64,000 nucleotides of DNA from an uncultured Methanosarcinales archaeon (GTDB taxonomy: Archaea; Nanobdellota; Nanobdellia; Woesearchaeales; CAZYIM01). Positions 40,703-50,114 of the stretch are shown piece after piece. The first letter of the stretch is position 1; every line of letters begins with the position of its first letter. Made by a program: the position numbers and the translations under genes. The notes below the pieces were generated by a model, which was not told where the DNA came from, made no database searches, and saw only the letters and a list, made by a program, of their open reading frames with translations. The stretch spans positions 16,235-80,234 of the forward strand of contig CAZYIM010000002.1 of assembly GCA_964647565.1 (NCBI GenBank), written 5' to 3'.

Positions 40703-42263
40703 AGGGTTTGTTGTTTTTCACATATTCCATCAGATTTTCCCTGTCTGTGTAGTATTCTGCCATGATTCTTCCAACAGCATCAACATTTTCAATATTTTGG
40801 TTCACGAGATATCTTAGAATTTGTTCCTTATCCTTGATGTGTGAATCAATCTCTTTGACAGAATATCCTGTGTATAAAGAAAGGTTCTTGTACAGGTTCA
40901 TAGATGGAAAGAGCTTGACCAGTTTATCCTGTTTTGCATTATACTGCATAAGTACATTTACTTTAGCGTCTGCAAGCACCTCAGCTACCTGGAAGGTTCT
41001 CCTTGTGCCAGTTCTTCTGTTTCTGAACTGTACGATGATTAAGGAGATTGCAGGTACCAGGATCTCAGGAACATCAATAGGAGGATTGGTCAGTCGTTTT
41101 ATTGTCTCATCAGCAGTATTGGCGTGGATGGTTGCGTAGACTGAATGGCCTGTGTGGATAGCCTCGAACAAGGTTTCAGATTCCCTTTTCCTCCTGACTT
41201 CTCCAACAATGATTCGGTCAGGCCTCATTCTTAGTGAGTTTACCAGCAGGTCTCCCATGGTGATCTCGCCCCTGCCTTCAGGATTTGGCAGACGGGTGGT
41301 CATGGGCACCCAATGCAGAAACTTTGGTAGGGTTATCTCTCTTGTGTCCTCTATTGAGATGATTCTTTGGTTAGGCGGGAAAAAGTTGGTCAATACATTG
41401 AGCATGGAAGTCTTTCCAGATGCAGTTCCTCCTGCGATTAGGATACTCATCTCATACTGTATTGCCATCCAAATTAAGGCTGCTGCGGCAAATGAGATAG
41501 ATCCTGCTTTCAAGAAACGGGTGATGGTCCAGGGGTCTCTTGAGAATTTTCTGATGGTGAATGTGTTGCCTGCTGTTGAGATCGGCATGATAGTTGCATT
41601 CACTCTGTCTCCCTCAGCAAGGTGGGCGTCAAGCAGGGGCTGGAGCACAGTGATCTGCCTTCCTACTCTCCTGGCAACAATACTTGCATAATGCCGGGTC
41701 TGGTCTTCATTTAGGATGTTGACATTGGTTTTCACCCAACCGAAATTCTTATGGTATACCCAGATAGGCTCATCCACGCCATTGATGACTATCTCCTCAA
41801 GATTCACATCAGCATTCAGGATCTCTATGCTTCCAAGTCCCAGGCTTTTCTCAACCAGATAACTGGTCAGAAAACCCTTGGTCTTTTCATCCTCGTCGGG
41901 GAAGTACTTTCGTATAAGTACAGCAATAGTCTCCTTGAATCTTTCCTCCACTACATCCTTTTTCTTCACAGTGGTCAGGTCTATCATCTCAAGCTTGGAT
42001 TTCTTGATAAGTTCCTGGCGTATCTTTTCAAGGATAAACTCTGTTGTTGTGCTTAATTTGGAGATATTAACTTCATAGATAGGCACAAACTCCCCTTTTT
42101 TCATCGAGATCTTGACATGGATAGGAATATCTCCTGCATCATAATCATAACTGTCCAGGATTTTTTCCCGGGATTTAACCTTAGGTACTATTGCGGGCTT
42201 TTTATTAATGATTTGAGTCTTAGAACTGTCTTTAGATACCTTTTTTTTACGGCTTTTCAACAA
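40692..42263 (-). CDS. type IV pilus/archaellum assembly ATPase (VirB11/FlaI/TadA family)
   Basis: Walker A GGTASGKTS. Also carries the ISIEDTREI and RPDRIIVGEVR motifs typical of GspE/VirB11 secretion ATPases. Confidence 0.85.
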   Translation of the reverse strand: MLKSRKKKVSKDSSKTQIINKKPAIVPKVKSREKILDSYDYDAGDIPIHVKISMKKGEFVPIYEVNISKLSTTTEFILEKIRQELIKKSKLEMIDLTTVKKKDVVEERFKETIAVLIRKYFPDEDEKTKGFLTSYLVEKSLGLGSIEILNADVNLEEIVINGVDEPIWVYHKNFGWVKTNVNILNEDQTRHYASIVARRVGRQITVLQPLLDAHLAEGDRVNATIMPISTAGNTFTIRKFSRDPWTITRFLKAGSISFAAAALIWMAIQYEMSILIAGGTASGKTSMLNVLTNFFPPNQRIISIEDTREITLPKFLHWVPMTTRLPNPEGRGEITMGDLLVNSLRMRPDRIIVGEVRRKRESETLFEAIHTGHSVYATIHANTADETIKRLTNPPIDVPEILVPAISLIIVQFRNRRTGTRRTFQVAEVLADAKVNVLMQYNAKQDKLVKLFPSMNLYKNLSLYTGYSVKEIDSHIKDKEQILRYLVNQNIENVDAVGRIMAEYYTDRENLMEYVKNNKPFDF

Positions 42264-42346
42264 AATACACCTCTTTTTTTAAATGTGCCAATCCCTTCTT
42301 CTAGATAATTCATGCTTGACTATTTAAATATTGCGTAAGAAATTAG

Positions 42347-42976
42347 TTAGTCTTTAAGAAAACTCAATAAGTCAAAGATTTTCTTTCTTAAAAAAGTCTT
42401 TTTCTTTTCCAGAGAATCCATGTGTGTCTTGAGATCAGACATCTGCTTGTTGATTGTTGCGGATTTAGAAATGATATTGAATCCCTTTGCACTCTCTATT
42501 AATTCTTTGAATTCCTTCTCCAGGTTTAGCCTCAGATCATCTATGTCATCAAGTTTTTTCTCGATATTGGTCTTATAGTTCAGGAACTTCTCAAAGTTCT
42601 TTATGATGTGTTTGCTTTCCTCTGTGTATTTCTCAACAGATTCCTTTTTTTTGCTGATATTCTTGAGCATACTTTTCTGGAGTTCCTCAATTTTTTTCTT
42701 GTGTTGTGCACTTTTCTCAATCAAGGGGTTTAGGAAGCTCTTTTTGTTGCTAAGATCGGTCTCAATCCTTTCCGCCAGATTTTTCAACTCATCCATTCTG
42801 ACTTTTGAGAGATCTACGTCTTTTTCTTCTTCAGCTATCTTATCCTCAATTAGTTCGAGCTCTTCCACAAGTTTATTGATTCTTGATTTGACCTTGTCCT
42901 CGTCAGAAAGCAATTTCTTGATCTCGTCAGTTTCCTTGGAGATGTTTTCCCTTTCAATCTTGATGTCTGAAATCAT
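42347..42976 (-). CDS. coiled-coil protein (possible C-terminal part of interrupted gene)
   Basis: 209 aa K/E-rich coiled coil. In the same frame as 43007-43579, separated by a single TAG. Confidence 0.4.
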   Translation of the reverse strand: MISDIKIERENISKETDEIKKLLSDEDKVKSRINKLVEELELIEDKIAEEEKDVDLSKVRMDELKNLAERIETDLSNKKSFLNPLIEKSAQHKKKIEELQKSMLKNISKKKESVEKYTEESKHIIKNFEKFLNYKTNIEKKLDDIDDLRLNLEKEFKELIESAKGFNIISKSATINKQMSDLKTHMDSLEKKKTFLRKKIFDLLSFLKD

Positions 42977-43006
42977 GGATGCGTACTTCTGCTCATGTTC
43001 CTTTAT

Positions 43007-43579
43007 CTATAGTGCTGCTTTTTCAACGAGATCTTCATATTCTTTCTTCTGGTTCTCAATCTCTGTCCTGAGATTCTTCTGAGCATCCTGATATTCATGG
43101 ATTTTCTTAAGATCATCTTTCATGTCTGAGATTTCAGGGCCCATTCTTGACTGCAGGTTCTTGAACTCATCCTTGATTGTATTAAATGATTCAGTCTCGC
43201 TGTCTAAAACCCTGATTGCAGATTCTACTTTCCTGATAAATGCATCTTTTTTGGATGAGTACTCTGTCTGTTTTACTGCTATCTCTTTCTTGCTCAACCT
43301 TCTTTCAACCAGGAAAACCTTTGAAAGAGAGTATTCGATGCTTATCAGACCCTGTTCTTCAAGAAAGTTAGCCCATTCCTGGACTACCATTGGGCTGACG
43401 TTTAGCTCTTTAGCAGCTACATTGAGTTCAAGCTTCTTTTCCTTGGCTACCAGAGCAACAAGCCTGTCCACACCCGTTTCAATCTTATCCATAGTTATTC
43501 TGAAGAATGAGCAGTATAAAAAGATTTCTATTTGATGATGCTGCATTAAAGATAGAAAATAAGTATTCATCTCTGGCAC
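43007..43579 (-). CDS. HTH-domain plus coiled-coil protein (possible N-terminal part of interrupted gene)
   Basis: Winged-HTH-like LNVAAKELNVSPMVVQEWANFLEEQGLI followed by coiled coil. A likely start is the internal MDKIETG. Confidence 0.45.
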   Translation of the reverse strand: MPEMNTYFLSLMQHHQIEIFLYCSFFRITMDKIETGVDRLVALVAKEKKLELNVAAKELNVSPMVVQEWANFLEEQGLISIEYSLSKVFLVERRLSKKEIAVKQTEYSSKKDAFIRKVESAIRVLDSETESFNTIKDEFKNLQSRMGPEISDMKDDLKKIHEYQDAQKNLRTEIENQKKEYEDLVEKAAL

Positions 43580-43776
43580 AGATGGACTTTCTGCGAAAGT
43601 CCTACCCTCCCAAGGGTTACGCCCCTTGAGGACGTGTGCGGCTTTCGCCTTTGGCTCAGTCCCACTCTTTAACTAGCCCTTCGGGAATGCATATTGTCGG
43701 CTCGCCCGGCCATGGTTCGCAAGCCTCTTTGCGAACCCGAGAACGAACGAAGTGAAGTGACCATGAATGCTTATTT
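43556..43776 (+). repeat. GC-rich structured repeat element, copy A (terminal inverted repeats AAAATAAGTATTCAT / ATGAATGCTTATTTT)
   Basis: 221 nt, at least 50% GC in AT-rich intergenic DNA. It is homologous to 61505-61784 along its full length and shares a perfect internal hairpin GGTTCGCAA-GCCTCTT-TGCGAACC. Terminal inverted repeats are 14-15 bp. Confidence 0.55.
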
Positions 43777-43796
43777 TATGATACTAGAACTTGTCT

Positions 43797-44783
43797 TCAA
43801 CAACTTGTGTAGTTCAGTTGGTTGATCTCGTAATCATTTATATGTGCGTCATCTATCTTGAACCAGTCTGGCATGGTGTCTATTTCGCAGTTGAGGTTGG
43901 TAGTGGTGTTGCCGAAGTATAGGTAGTCTACAACACTCAGTTCTGTGTCGATGTCAATGTCCTGGCTTTGGAGCAGATCAAGATCCACAAAGCTCTCAAT
44001 ACCGTTCGGATTATCTGAGAAGTTGCCTGAGAATCGCATAATGAAACTAGGTGCCTTATCTGAGCTCTTATAGTAGGATTGATTCTGGAATAGCTGCAGG
44101 TTGCTTGAGTCCTTAGTGACATTATCTACAAAGTCAGTTGTGTTGAATTGGCTTATTGGATTTTTTAATCTTCCGAGAGTTCCTACACTATAGAGAGGAT
44201 CAAATAGATTGTCTATTGGGACAAACGTATCGTAGTCTTGGATAAAATCCCATCTGGCACTGTTAGATGCATCTGTGAGATTCACTTCGAGGGTGATGAC
44301 AACCTTTACAATCCAGGGGGTTTCTTGTGTGAAGTTGATCGAACTTACTGATAACTCAGTTTGCATGTTCCGTCTGTTTGCGTTTTGGTTTACCCTGTTT
44401 AGGTATTCCTCCAGACTAGCATTTTCCATTATAGATTGAGATGTTCCATTGATAGTGCCGTTATAGATTATCTCTGTGAACATGCTTTCGAGGTTGGGCA
44501 GGTAGCTTCCTTGCTCAACGATATGGTTTTCAAGAGCTAAAAATGTCCTGAAGGTAGCGATGAATACAGCACGATCCAGGTCCCTGTCAAAGTCATCGAG
44601 AAAATCATTCATAGCCATAACCCTTGATACAACTACCTCTTTGTTGTTGCCTATAAACTTGGTCTTTTCAGAGGCGTAGATTGAGAAAAGCACAGCTATA
44701 AGAAGTATGACGATGAATGTGTACATGAATCCTTTCTTGCTGCCTAATACCATACATTCACCTCTGTTAGTGATGGCCCCCAA
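43797..44783 (-). CDS. secreted/membrane-anchored hypothetical protein with many N-glycosylation sequons (pilus locus)
   Basis: N-terminal TM (FIVILLIAVLFSIYA). Numerous N-x-S/T sequons. Confidence 0.5.
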   Translation of the reverse strand: MGAITNRGECMVLGSKKGFMYTFIVILLIAVLFSIYASEKTKFIGNNKEVVVSRVMAMNDFLDDFDRDLDRAVFIATFRTFLALENHIVEQGSYLPNLESMFTEIIYNGTINGTSQSIMENASLEEYLNRVNQNANRRNMQTELSVSSINFTQETPWIVKVVITLEVNLTDASNSARWDFIQDYDTFVPIDNLFDPLYSVGTLGRLKNPISQFNTTDFVDNVTKDSSNLQLFQNQSYYKSSDKAPSFIMRFSGNFSDNPNGIESFVDLDLLQSQDIDIDTELSVVDYLYFGNTTTNLNCEIDTMPDWFKIDDAHINDYEINQLNYTSC

Positions 44784-47455
44784 AGGTATGGCACACCAGG
44801 TACAACCACAACCACAACCTCTAAGTCTGCCTGGTTTATGTTGATGAGCAGTCTTCCATCATTATCATAGTCAAACTGGCTAATCAAGGAATATACCGCA
44901 AAGTCATATGCATCATCACTATCGTAGCTGATGCTTGCTGCTGTGTATTCACAGTTGTCGCTTCCGCTGTAAGTTTGTGGGATTGTGAAGTTGAGGAAAT
45001 CTCCGTCTTCGAATTCAACCCTCCAATGACAGCCAATGGCAGTTGGTTTGACGTCTGTGAACACAGTTGAGGAATTGGCAAGTGCTGTGTATATGACTGA
45101 GTTGTTCATTGAACAACCTGTTATGTTATCAGGCGTGTCTGCAGTATTGAATGTTATGTTGTTGATGCCATGGATCAAGAGGTTGACTGGTATCTGGACA
45201 TAGAAGGGATCTCCTAGTCTTGGATAGGGCACTAGGTATTCTGACATGTTGAAGACTGTGATGTTGTTTACAACCAAGGTATTGGTCCAATGGGAGCCAG
45301 AATATGAAGTGAGTTTAGCATCAACAACCCTAAGGCCTTCGAATACCTCAAAGTTGGTGTCGCAGGAGTCAAAGGTGTTTGTCTGGAAGACAAGGGATAT
45401 CTCTCCGGATTCAGGAGGATCTACAATAGGCGTATAGTTGAACTCGATAAAGGAGTCGTCATAGAGCATAGCAGGTGTGTAATCTCCCTGGACATTAATC
45501 AGCTGGCTTGATTGGTTGATTCGTGTTAGGATGTCGTATGCTATCTCTTCATAGATCTCTTTTAGTCTTGTTGTATTGCTGCTGTTCATGTATGTGCCGT
45601 TGCCAATAGTTGCAACCTGCTCTAAGAGGGCGACTGCGCTTGAGCATTCTGAAATAAGGCCGAATCCTACAGAGAAGACTGTTGTATTGAGATCGTCTAC
45701 AGCTCTTTGGACGCTGAAGATGGTGTGGTTGATTGCCTCTTCACAGGCATTATCATTGCAGCCCTCAAAATCACATGATCCCCCTCCTCCCTGGGTATCG
45801 CAATACCCTTCACAGATTTCAGGTGTTAAGTAGTCATCAGATGTGCCTGAGGTACAGTTGTCCTCTGCGCAGTGAGTAGGCACGCCATCTGTCATGAACA
45901 CGATGAATTTTGCCCTTGATGAATTGCTGAATGAATCAAGGATATCATATGCTCTGTTGACTGCACATGAAAGGCAGGTCTGGTCTTTTCCCTGGGGACC
46001 GAAATTGGAAATATAGCTCTTGATTGCATCTTTATCAGAAGGATTATTGTACCATTCGATTTCGTCTGAATGCAAAAAGACAGGCCAAATACGATTGCCT
46101 GTATAATTCATGACTATATCTACTAGTTCATTGTCAACGCATCTTGCCAGGTGGCTCTTCCTGGCATCATCATATCCGTAAAGTTCATCACAATCTTTCA
46201 CTCCTGTTCCAAGAGCAGTATTGTCGCTGACTGCCTTTTTCATGCTTCCTGAGAAGTCTGTTATTAAGACGATATCTGCATTGCCTCCTGTAACAATCTC
46301 TGATGTGTAGTTGTATGATGCGAACCTGATCGGGATGGTCTTGTTGCTCAGGAAGACATAGTCCAGGTTCTGCGGTGCTTGTTGAAGATAGGTGCTGTTT
46401 AGATATGCTTCGATGTCTGTTCCATTGGCAACATGTTGATATGCTGTCTTCTCACCAATCGTGATATATGTTGTTGAGTTGGAGTTGTAATGCAGGTAGA
46501 TGCCCATGCTGTTTAGGGTTCCTGGAATGTAAAAGGAATCATAGAGATTAGGTATACCCTCGATCCTGGGGAAATAATAGCGCAGGGTTCCTGGTGTTGA
46601 AGCATCCTGTATCTGTTCTGTATGATAAGTGAGCTTAACATATCCTCCTGCGATGTATGAATTGTTGATACCTTCAAAGACAAAAGTAAAATTGTTCTGC
46701 CCGGGTATTATTGAGCTATTGCATCCTGTTATATCCCATCTGTCTGCGCTCATGTTGAAATGAGCAGGTTCAAATTCGCTGTTGCATTGATCGCCATTGA
46801 TGTACAAGGTGAAGTTAGATGCGACATCTAGCTCCAGTATGAGTTCCTGGATGGATGAGCTGTTTACATCGTCAGGTATATCCCGAATTGAGCCTGTGAT
46901 ATTGCCTTGGCCTACAAAGCCCCCGAAATATAGGTAGGATGAGAACGGTTTGTTCCTGATCTTCCTAAGATAAGCTGAGGATGCGGATCCGGTTGTAGGA
47001 AGGCCTTGGGCAATTCCCGATATCATTCGCCTTGCAGTGACCAGGTTGTTGACATTTGTTATGTTCTTGCTGTATACTGTCTCATCACCTATCTTGAAGC
47101 TGAATCCAAAACGATCTGGAAGGGAGTCGTTAACCACTATATCTAACAATCGGTCGATGTAGACATAATTGCCATTCACCCAGTAGTTTCCTACTTGTAC
47201 AAGTATTGAAACGTTTGGATCTGATATGCTGCCGTTGGATATTTGTGCCTGTACCCAGCTATTGTTGAGTTCGTTTATCTTTATCTCGCTTATTGCATTT
47301 GTTATGTCCTTTGAGACATAGTCTATCTGCCTGATATCTGGTTTGGAGTCAGTAAACTGGAAGATCATGTAAGCTGCTGTTATCAATAGCACTGAAGCTA
47401 GGAATGCGTCAATGCTGAAATATAGTGCTTTCCTGTTCATCTTAGTCCCAAACAT
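44744..47455 (-). CDS. large surface protein with von Willebrand factor A (vWA) domain, putative pilus-associated adhesin
   Basis: MIDAS motif in ADIVLITDFSGSM (DxSxS). N-terminal TM anchor. 903 aa with dense N-x-S/T sequons. Confidence 0.65.
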   Translation of the reverse strand: MFGTKMNRKALYFSIDAFLASVLLITAAYMIFQFTDSKPDIRQIDYVSKDITNAISEIKINELNNSWVQAQISNGSISDPNVSILVQVGNYWVNGNYVYIDRLLDIVVNDSLPDRFGFSFKIGDETVYSKNITNVNNLVTARRMISGIAQGLPTTGSASSAYLRKIRNKPFSSYLYFGGFVGQGNITGSIRDIPDDVNSSSIQELILELDVASNFTLYINGDQCNSEFEPAHFNMSADRWDITGCNSSIIPGQNNFTFVFEGINNSYIAGGYVKLTYHTEQIQDASTPGTLRYYFPRIEGIPNLYDSFYIPGTLNSMGIYLHYNSNSTTYITIGEKTAYQHVANGTDIEAYLNSTYLQQAPQNLDYVFLSNKTIPIRFASYNYTSEIVTGGNADIVLITDFSGSMKKAVSDNTALGTGVKDCDELYGYDDARKSHLARCVDNELVDIVMNYTGNRIWPVFLHSDEIEWYNNPSDKDAIKSYISNFGPQGKDQTCLSCAVNRAYDILDSFSNSSRAKFIVFMTDGVPTHCAEDNCTSGTSDDYLTPEICEGYCDTQGGGGSCDFEGCNDNACEEAINHTIFSVQRAVDDLNTTVFSVGFGLISECSSAVALLEQVATIGNGTYMNSSNTTRLKEIYEEIAYDILTRINQSSQLINVQGDYTPAMLYDDSFIEFNYTPIVDPPESGEISLVFQTNTFDSCDTNFEVFEGLRVVDAKLTSYSGSHWTNTLVVNNITVFNMSEYLVPYPRLGDPFYVQIPVNLLIHGINNITFNTADTPDNITGCSMNNSVIYTALANSSTVFTDVKPTAIGCHWRVEFEDGDFLNFTIPQTYSGSDNCEYTAASISYDSDDAYDFAVYSLISQFDYDNDGRLLININQADLEVVVVVVPGVPYLWGPSLTEVNVWY

Positions 47456-47957
47456 ATAGGATCATAGACACGATGGTCGCATCATGTACAACAAACCTTT
47501 CAATCTTGATTAAGTTCTTATATGTCTCTGTGATATTCACTGAGTTATTGGTTATTGATGCTGCGGGATGTCCTTGGCCCAGTTCGCCGCTTATGTTCAA
47601 TATGCTGTCATTCTTAGTGAAAAAGTAAAAATAGTCGGATTTGATGCCCAATAGGCCTTTTGACCTGTCGTAGCTAATCTTCCTGAATTCGTCAAGTTTG
47701 GTAAGATTCAGTCTTGAGCTGTCAACAATACCTGGAGTGAAGACTGAGCTGTTGGTCCAGTTCCTTGGAAATCCTGATGTCATCAAAAGCTCTGATAATT
47801 CTTGTCCTTCTGAATAAACTACTTCAAATGAGTCATCAAGGAATGTGTTGAATATGAGTTTTGTTATCAGAATCATAGCTATCATGAATATCAGAAAACC
47901 TACGATGAAATCCGTCGTCCACGCCTGGGCTTTAGCTGACATAGACCTCACCACCAA
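47442..47957 (-). CDS. pilin-like protein (class III signal peptide-like N-terminus)
   Basis: N-terminus KAQAWTTDFIVGFLIFMIAMILI resembles prepilin signal plus hydrophobic helix. Lies in the pilin operon. Confidence 0.45.
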   Translation of the reverse strand: MVVRSMSAKAQAWTTDFIVGFLIFMIAMILITKLIFNTFLDDSFEVVYSEGQELSELLMTSGFPRNWTNSSVFTPGIVDSSRLNLTKLDEFRKISYDRSKGLLGIKSDYFYFFTKNDSILNISGELGQGHPAASITNNSVNITETYKNLIKIERFVVHDATIVSMILYVWD

Positions 47958-48312
47958 TATTTCTTAATGTATTGGTTCCCTTGGATAGGGTACCATTGAT
48001 CCTGGGTATCCTGTAGTAAAGTGCGCCTCTAGAATATTCCAGTTGGAAATAGTTATTTCCATTCGAGATGTTGAATGATACAGTTGTTATCTCATCAGGT
48101 ATTTCAATATCCCGTTGATAACCAGGACTGACAGCTGATGCAAGCCCAATCTCCCTTTGCAGGTTTTTCCCAAAAGTTTCTAATTCTAGCTCTTTTTGAT
48201 CCAGTGAGTAGTCTTTGTAATAATCGAGAATGATCATCAGAGACATGGTTGTGAGCAATATAGCTATTCCTATGTATGTCATGAATTCGATAGCTACTTG
48301 TCCTTTCTTCAT
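47932..48312 (-). CDS. archaeal type IV pilin
   Basis: MKKGQVAIEFMTYIGIAILL carries the KGQ-x-IEF prepilin motif. Confidence 0.6.
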   Translation of the reverse strand: MKKGQVAIEFMTYIGIAILLTTMSLMIILDYYKDYSLDQKELELETFGKNLQREIGLASAVSPGYQRDIEIPDEITTVSFNISNGNNYFQLEYSRGALYYRIPRINGTLSKGTNTLRNIGGEVYVS

Positions 48313-48716
48313 GATTCCTGGATCAGCACGTTGTCAAGCTGTGCTGTGACTGTGATGATGTGCAGACCTGCTTCAGTAGATAATGAACCTGTGAGATTTG
48401 CTTTGGATGTCTTGTCCATTGTATATTCTACTGTTCCCTTGCTTATGTTGAAGGTGATGGTCTGGTTCTCTATTGCGATGTTGTTAACCTGTTTTGGCAT
48501 ATAAAGTCTCAATTGCTGCTGGGCAGGAGGTCCCTGGTAATAGACAGTATCTGCAGCTCCAACAACAGTTTCTAGTATCTTATGTACTTGCGAGTCTGTG
48601 ATATCCTCGTTAAAATTCCTGCTTTGCGTTAGGAATAATATTATGGTTGGAATAAGCATAAGAAAGATCAGACCTGTAATCATAAGGTATTCCATAGCTA
48701 CCTGTGCTTTAGACAT
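48309..48716 (-). CDS. archaeal type IV pilin
   Basis: MSKAQVAMEYLMITGLIFLML is a prepilin-like signal plus helix. Confidence 0.6.
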   Translation of the reverse strand: MSKAQVAMEYLMITGLIFLMLIPTIILFLTQSRNFNEDITDSQVHKILETVVGAADTVYYQGPPAQQQLRLYMPKQVNNIAIENQTITFNISKGTVEYTMDKTSKANLTGSLSTEAGLHIITVTAQLDNVLIQES

Positions 48717-48820
48717 AATCTGGTTTGGGGTGTTGAATATTTAAAATGATGTTACTATTTCTGTGTAAAGATGCTGCTTGTTTGATAAAGCTTATAAATA
48801 GTTTGACCTTACGTAAGTAA

Positions 48821-49411
48821 ATGATAATTACAATATCTGGGGCAGAAGGCTCTGGGAAGAGTTCTGTTGGGAAGTCGTTGGCTTTGAAATTAGGTTTTGA
48901 GAGTTATTCTGTGGGTGACTTTAGAAGAGCGCTTGCCAAGAAGCATGGAATGACTCTGGTTGAACAGAATGAGATTGCTAAAACAGAGGACTGGGTTGAC
49001 AAGGCAGCTGATCAGCTGTTCATTGAGCATACACAGCAGCATGATGATTTTGTGATAGATGGAAGGTTGGGTTTCTATTTTGTCAAGAAAGCTATTAAGG
49101 AGTTTGATCTGGACAAGAAATCTCTTCATATATATCTTGATGTTGATGAGGTTGAGGCTGCCAAAAGAATATGGAAGTCTGTCTCTTCTGGTGTTGAAAG
49201 GAATGAAGGTACTTTCCATAGTCAGATGGATGTGCTGCATGAGATAAGGCAAAGGAACAAGAATGACTGCGAGAGATATCTTAGATATTATGGGTTAGAT
49301 ACTAAGAAAAAAGAGCACTATGATCTTGTATTGGATACGACTTCGAAGAGTGTTGAGGAGGTTGTTGAACTGATTCTGGGGATATTGAAGGGAAAAGGAT
49401 TGTTGAAGTGA
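48821..49411 (+). CDS. cmk: cytidylate kinase (archaeal type)
   Basis: P-loop ITISGAEGSGKSSVGK followed by SVGDFRRALAKKHGMTLVE and VIDGRL, as in archaeal CMP kinases. Confidence 0.65.
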   Translation: MIITISGAEGSGKSSVGKSLALKLGFESYSVGDFRRALAKKHGMTLVEQNEIAKTEDWVDKAADQLFIEHTQQHDDFVIDGRLGFYFVKKAIKEFDLDKKSLHIYLDVDEVEAAKRIWKSVSSGVERNEGTFHSQMDVLHEIRQRNKNDCERYLRYYGLDTKKKEHYDLVLDTTSKSVEEVVELILGILKGKGLLK

Positions 49412-49471
49412 GTTGGTTTTTCAGAAAAGTAGATTCTTAATTGATTTTGACAGGTATAGAAGTTCTTGTCA

Positions 49472-49939
49472 TCACCAGGGTGTGTTCTTGAACTTGACGT
49501 CCTTGTCTGTGGTCTTTGTCCTTACGATGTGATATGGTTGTGAGAGTGCGGTGGTAGTTCCTTCTCCTGGACCTGGCTGTTTTTCAGCAACATAGACATC
49601 CAGTGTGTTTTTTCGTTCTAAGATCTCACTGACTTTGATCTCATAGCCGCCTGAAGACTGCTCTCCCATAAAGACCCCTATCAGCATGTCTTTTTGAAAA
49701 TCTACATCTGCAGGACCCACTATAGGCAGCCGTCCGTCAATCACCTTTACCCAGAGGGTGTTCCATGCAGCCTCATCCTTTACCACGTAGTTCTTCCTTT
49801 CGGTGTGGCCGCAATGATATCCCTGTTCGATTGTATTGAACTCTTTTTCAATACTTGGTTGGGGTTCGGTTACCCTGCTGCAGCTGCAGACAATGGCCAA
49901 TAGGCTAGCAGTCATGATCAGTTTTGAGCGTATTGTCAT
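49472..49939 (-). CDS. lipoprotein, possibly PrcB-family (protease complex subunit-like)
   Basis: Signal peptide plus lipobox (LAIVCSC). C-terminal GEQSSGGYEIKV...PGPGEGTTTALSQPYHIV fits the PrcB C-terminal pattern. Higher GC than surrounding genes. Confidence 0.35.
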   Translation of the reverse strand: MTIRSKLIMTASLLAIVCSCSRVTEPQPSIEKEFNTIEQGYHCGHTERKNYVVKDEAAWNTLWVKVIDGRLPIVGPADVDFQKDMLIGVFMGEQSSGGYEIKVSEILERKNTLDVYVAEKQPGPGEGTTTALSQPYHIVRTKTTDKDVKFKNTPW

Positions 49940-50114
49940 CTTAAGAATATAGTTAAAAAAAGATATATAAATTTTTTCAATAGGATTGTGCTTTGGGATT
50001 CTTTTTTTAGTATCTGCTTCGGGCTTTATATTGAGATCATAGTTTATATTTTGTTTACCCTTATTCAGTGGTAAAAAACAGAAACTTTATAAACGGTGAG
50101 CCGGTTGCAAGCAC

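Noticed and set aside
43561-43600. RNase P RNA P4-like GAAAGUCC motif in repeat copy A
   Set aside because: The motif is part of a simple local hairpin (GGACTTTC-TGC-GAAAGTCC) and is replaced by a different hairpin sequence in copy B. The element occurs twice, is only about 220 nt, and no CR-II/CR-III/CR-V motifs were found, so it is not RNase P RNA.
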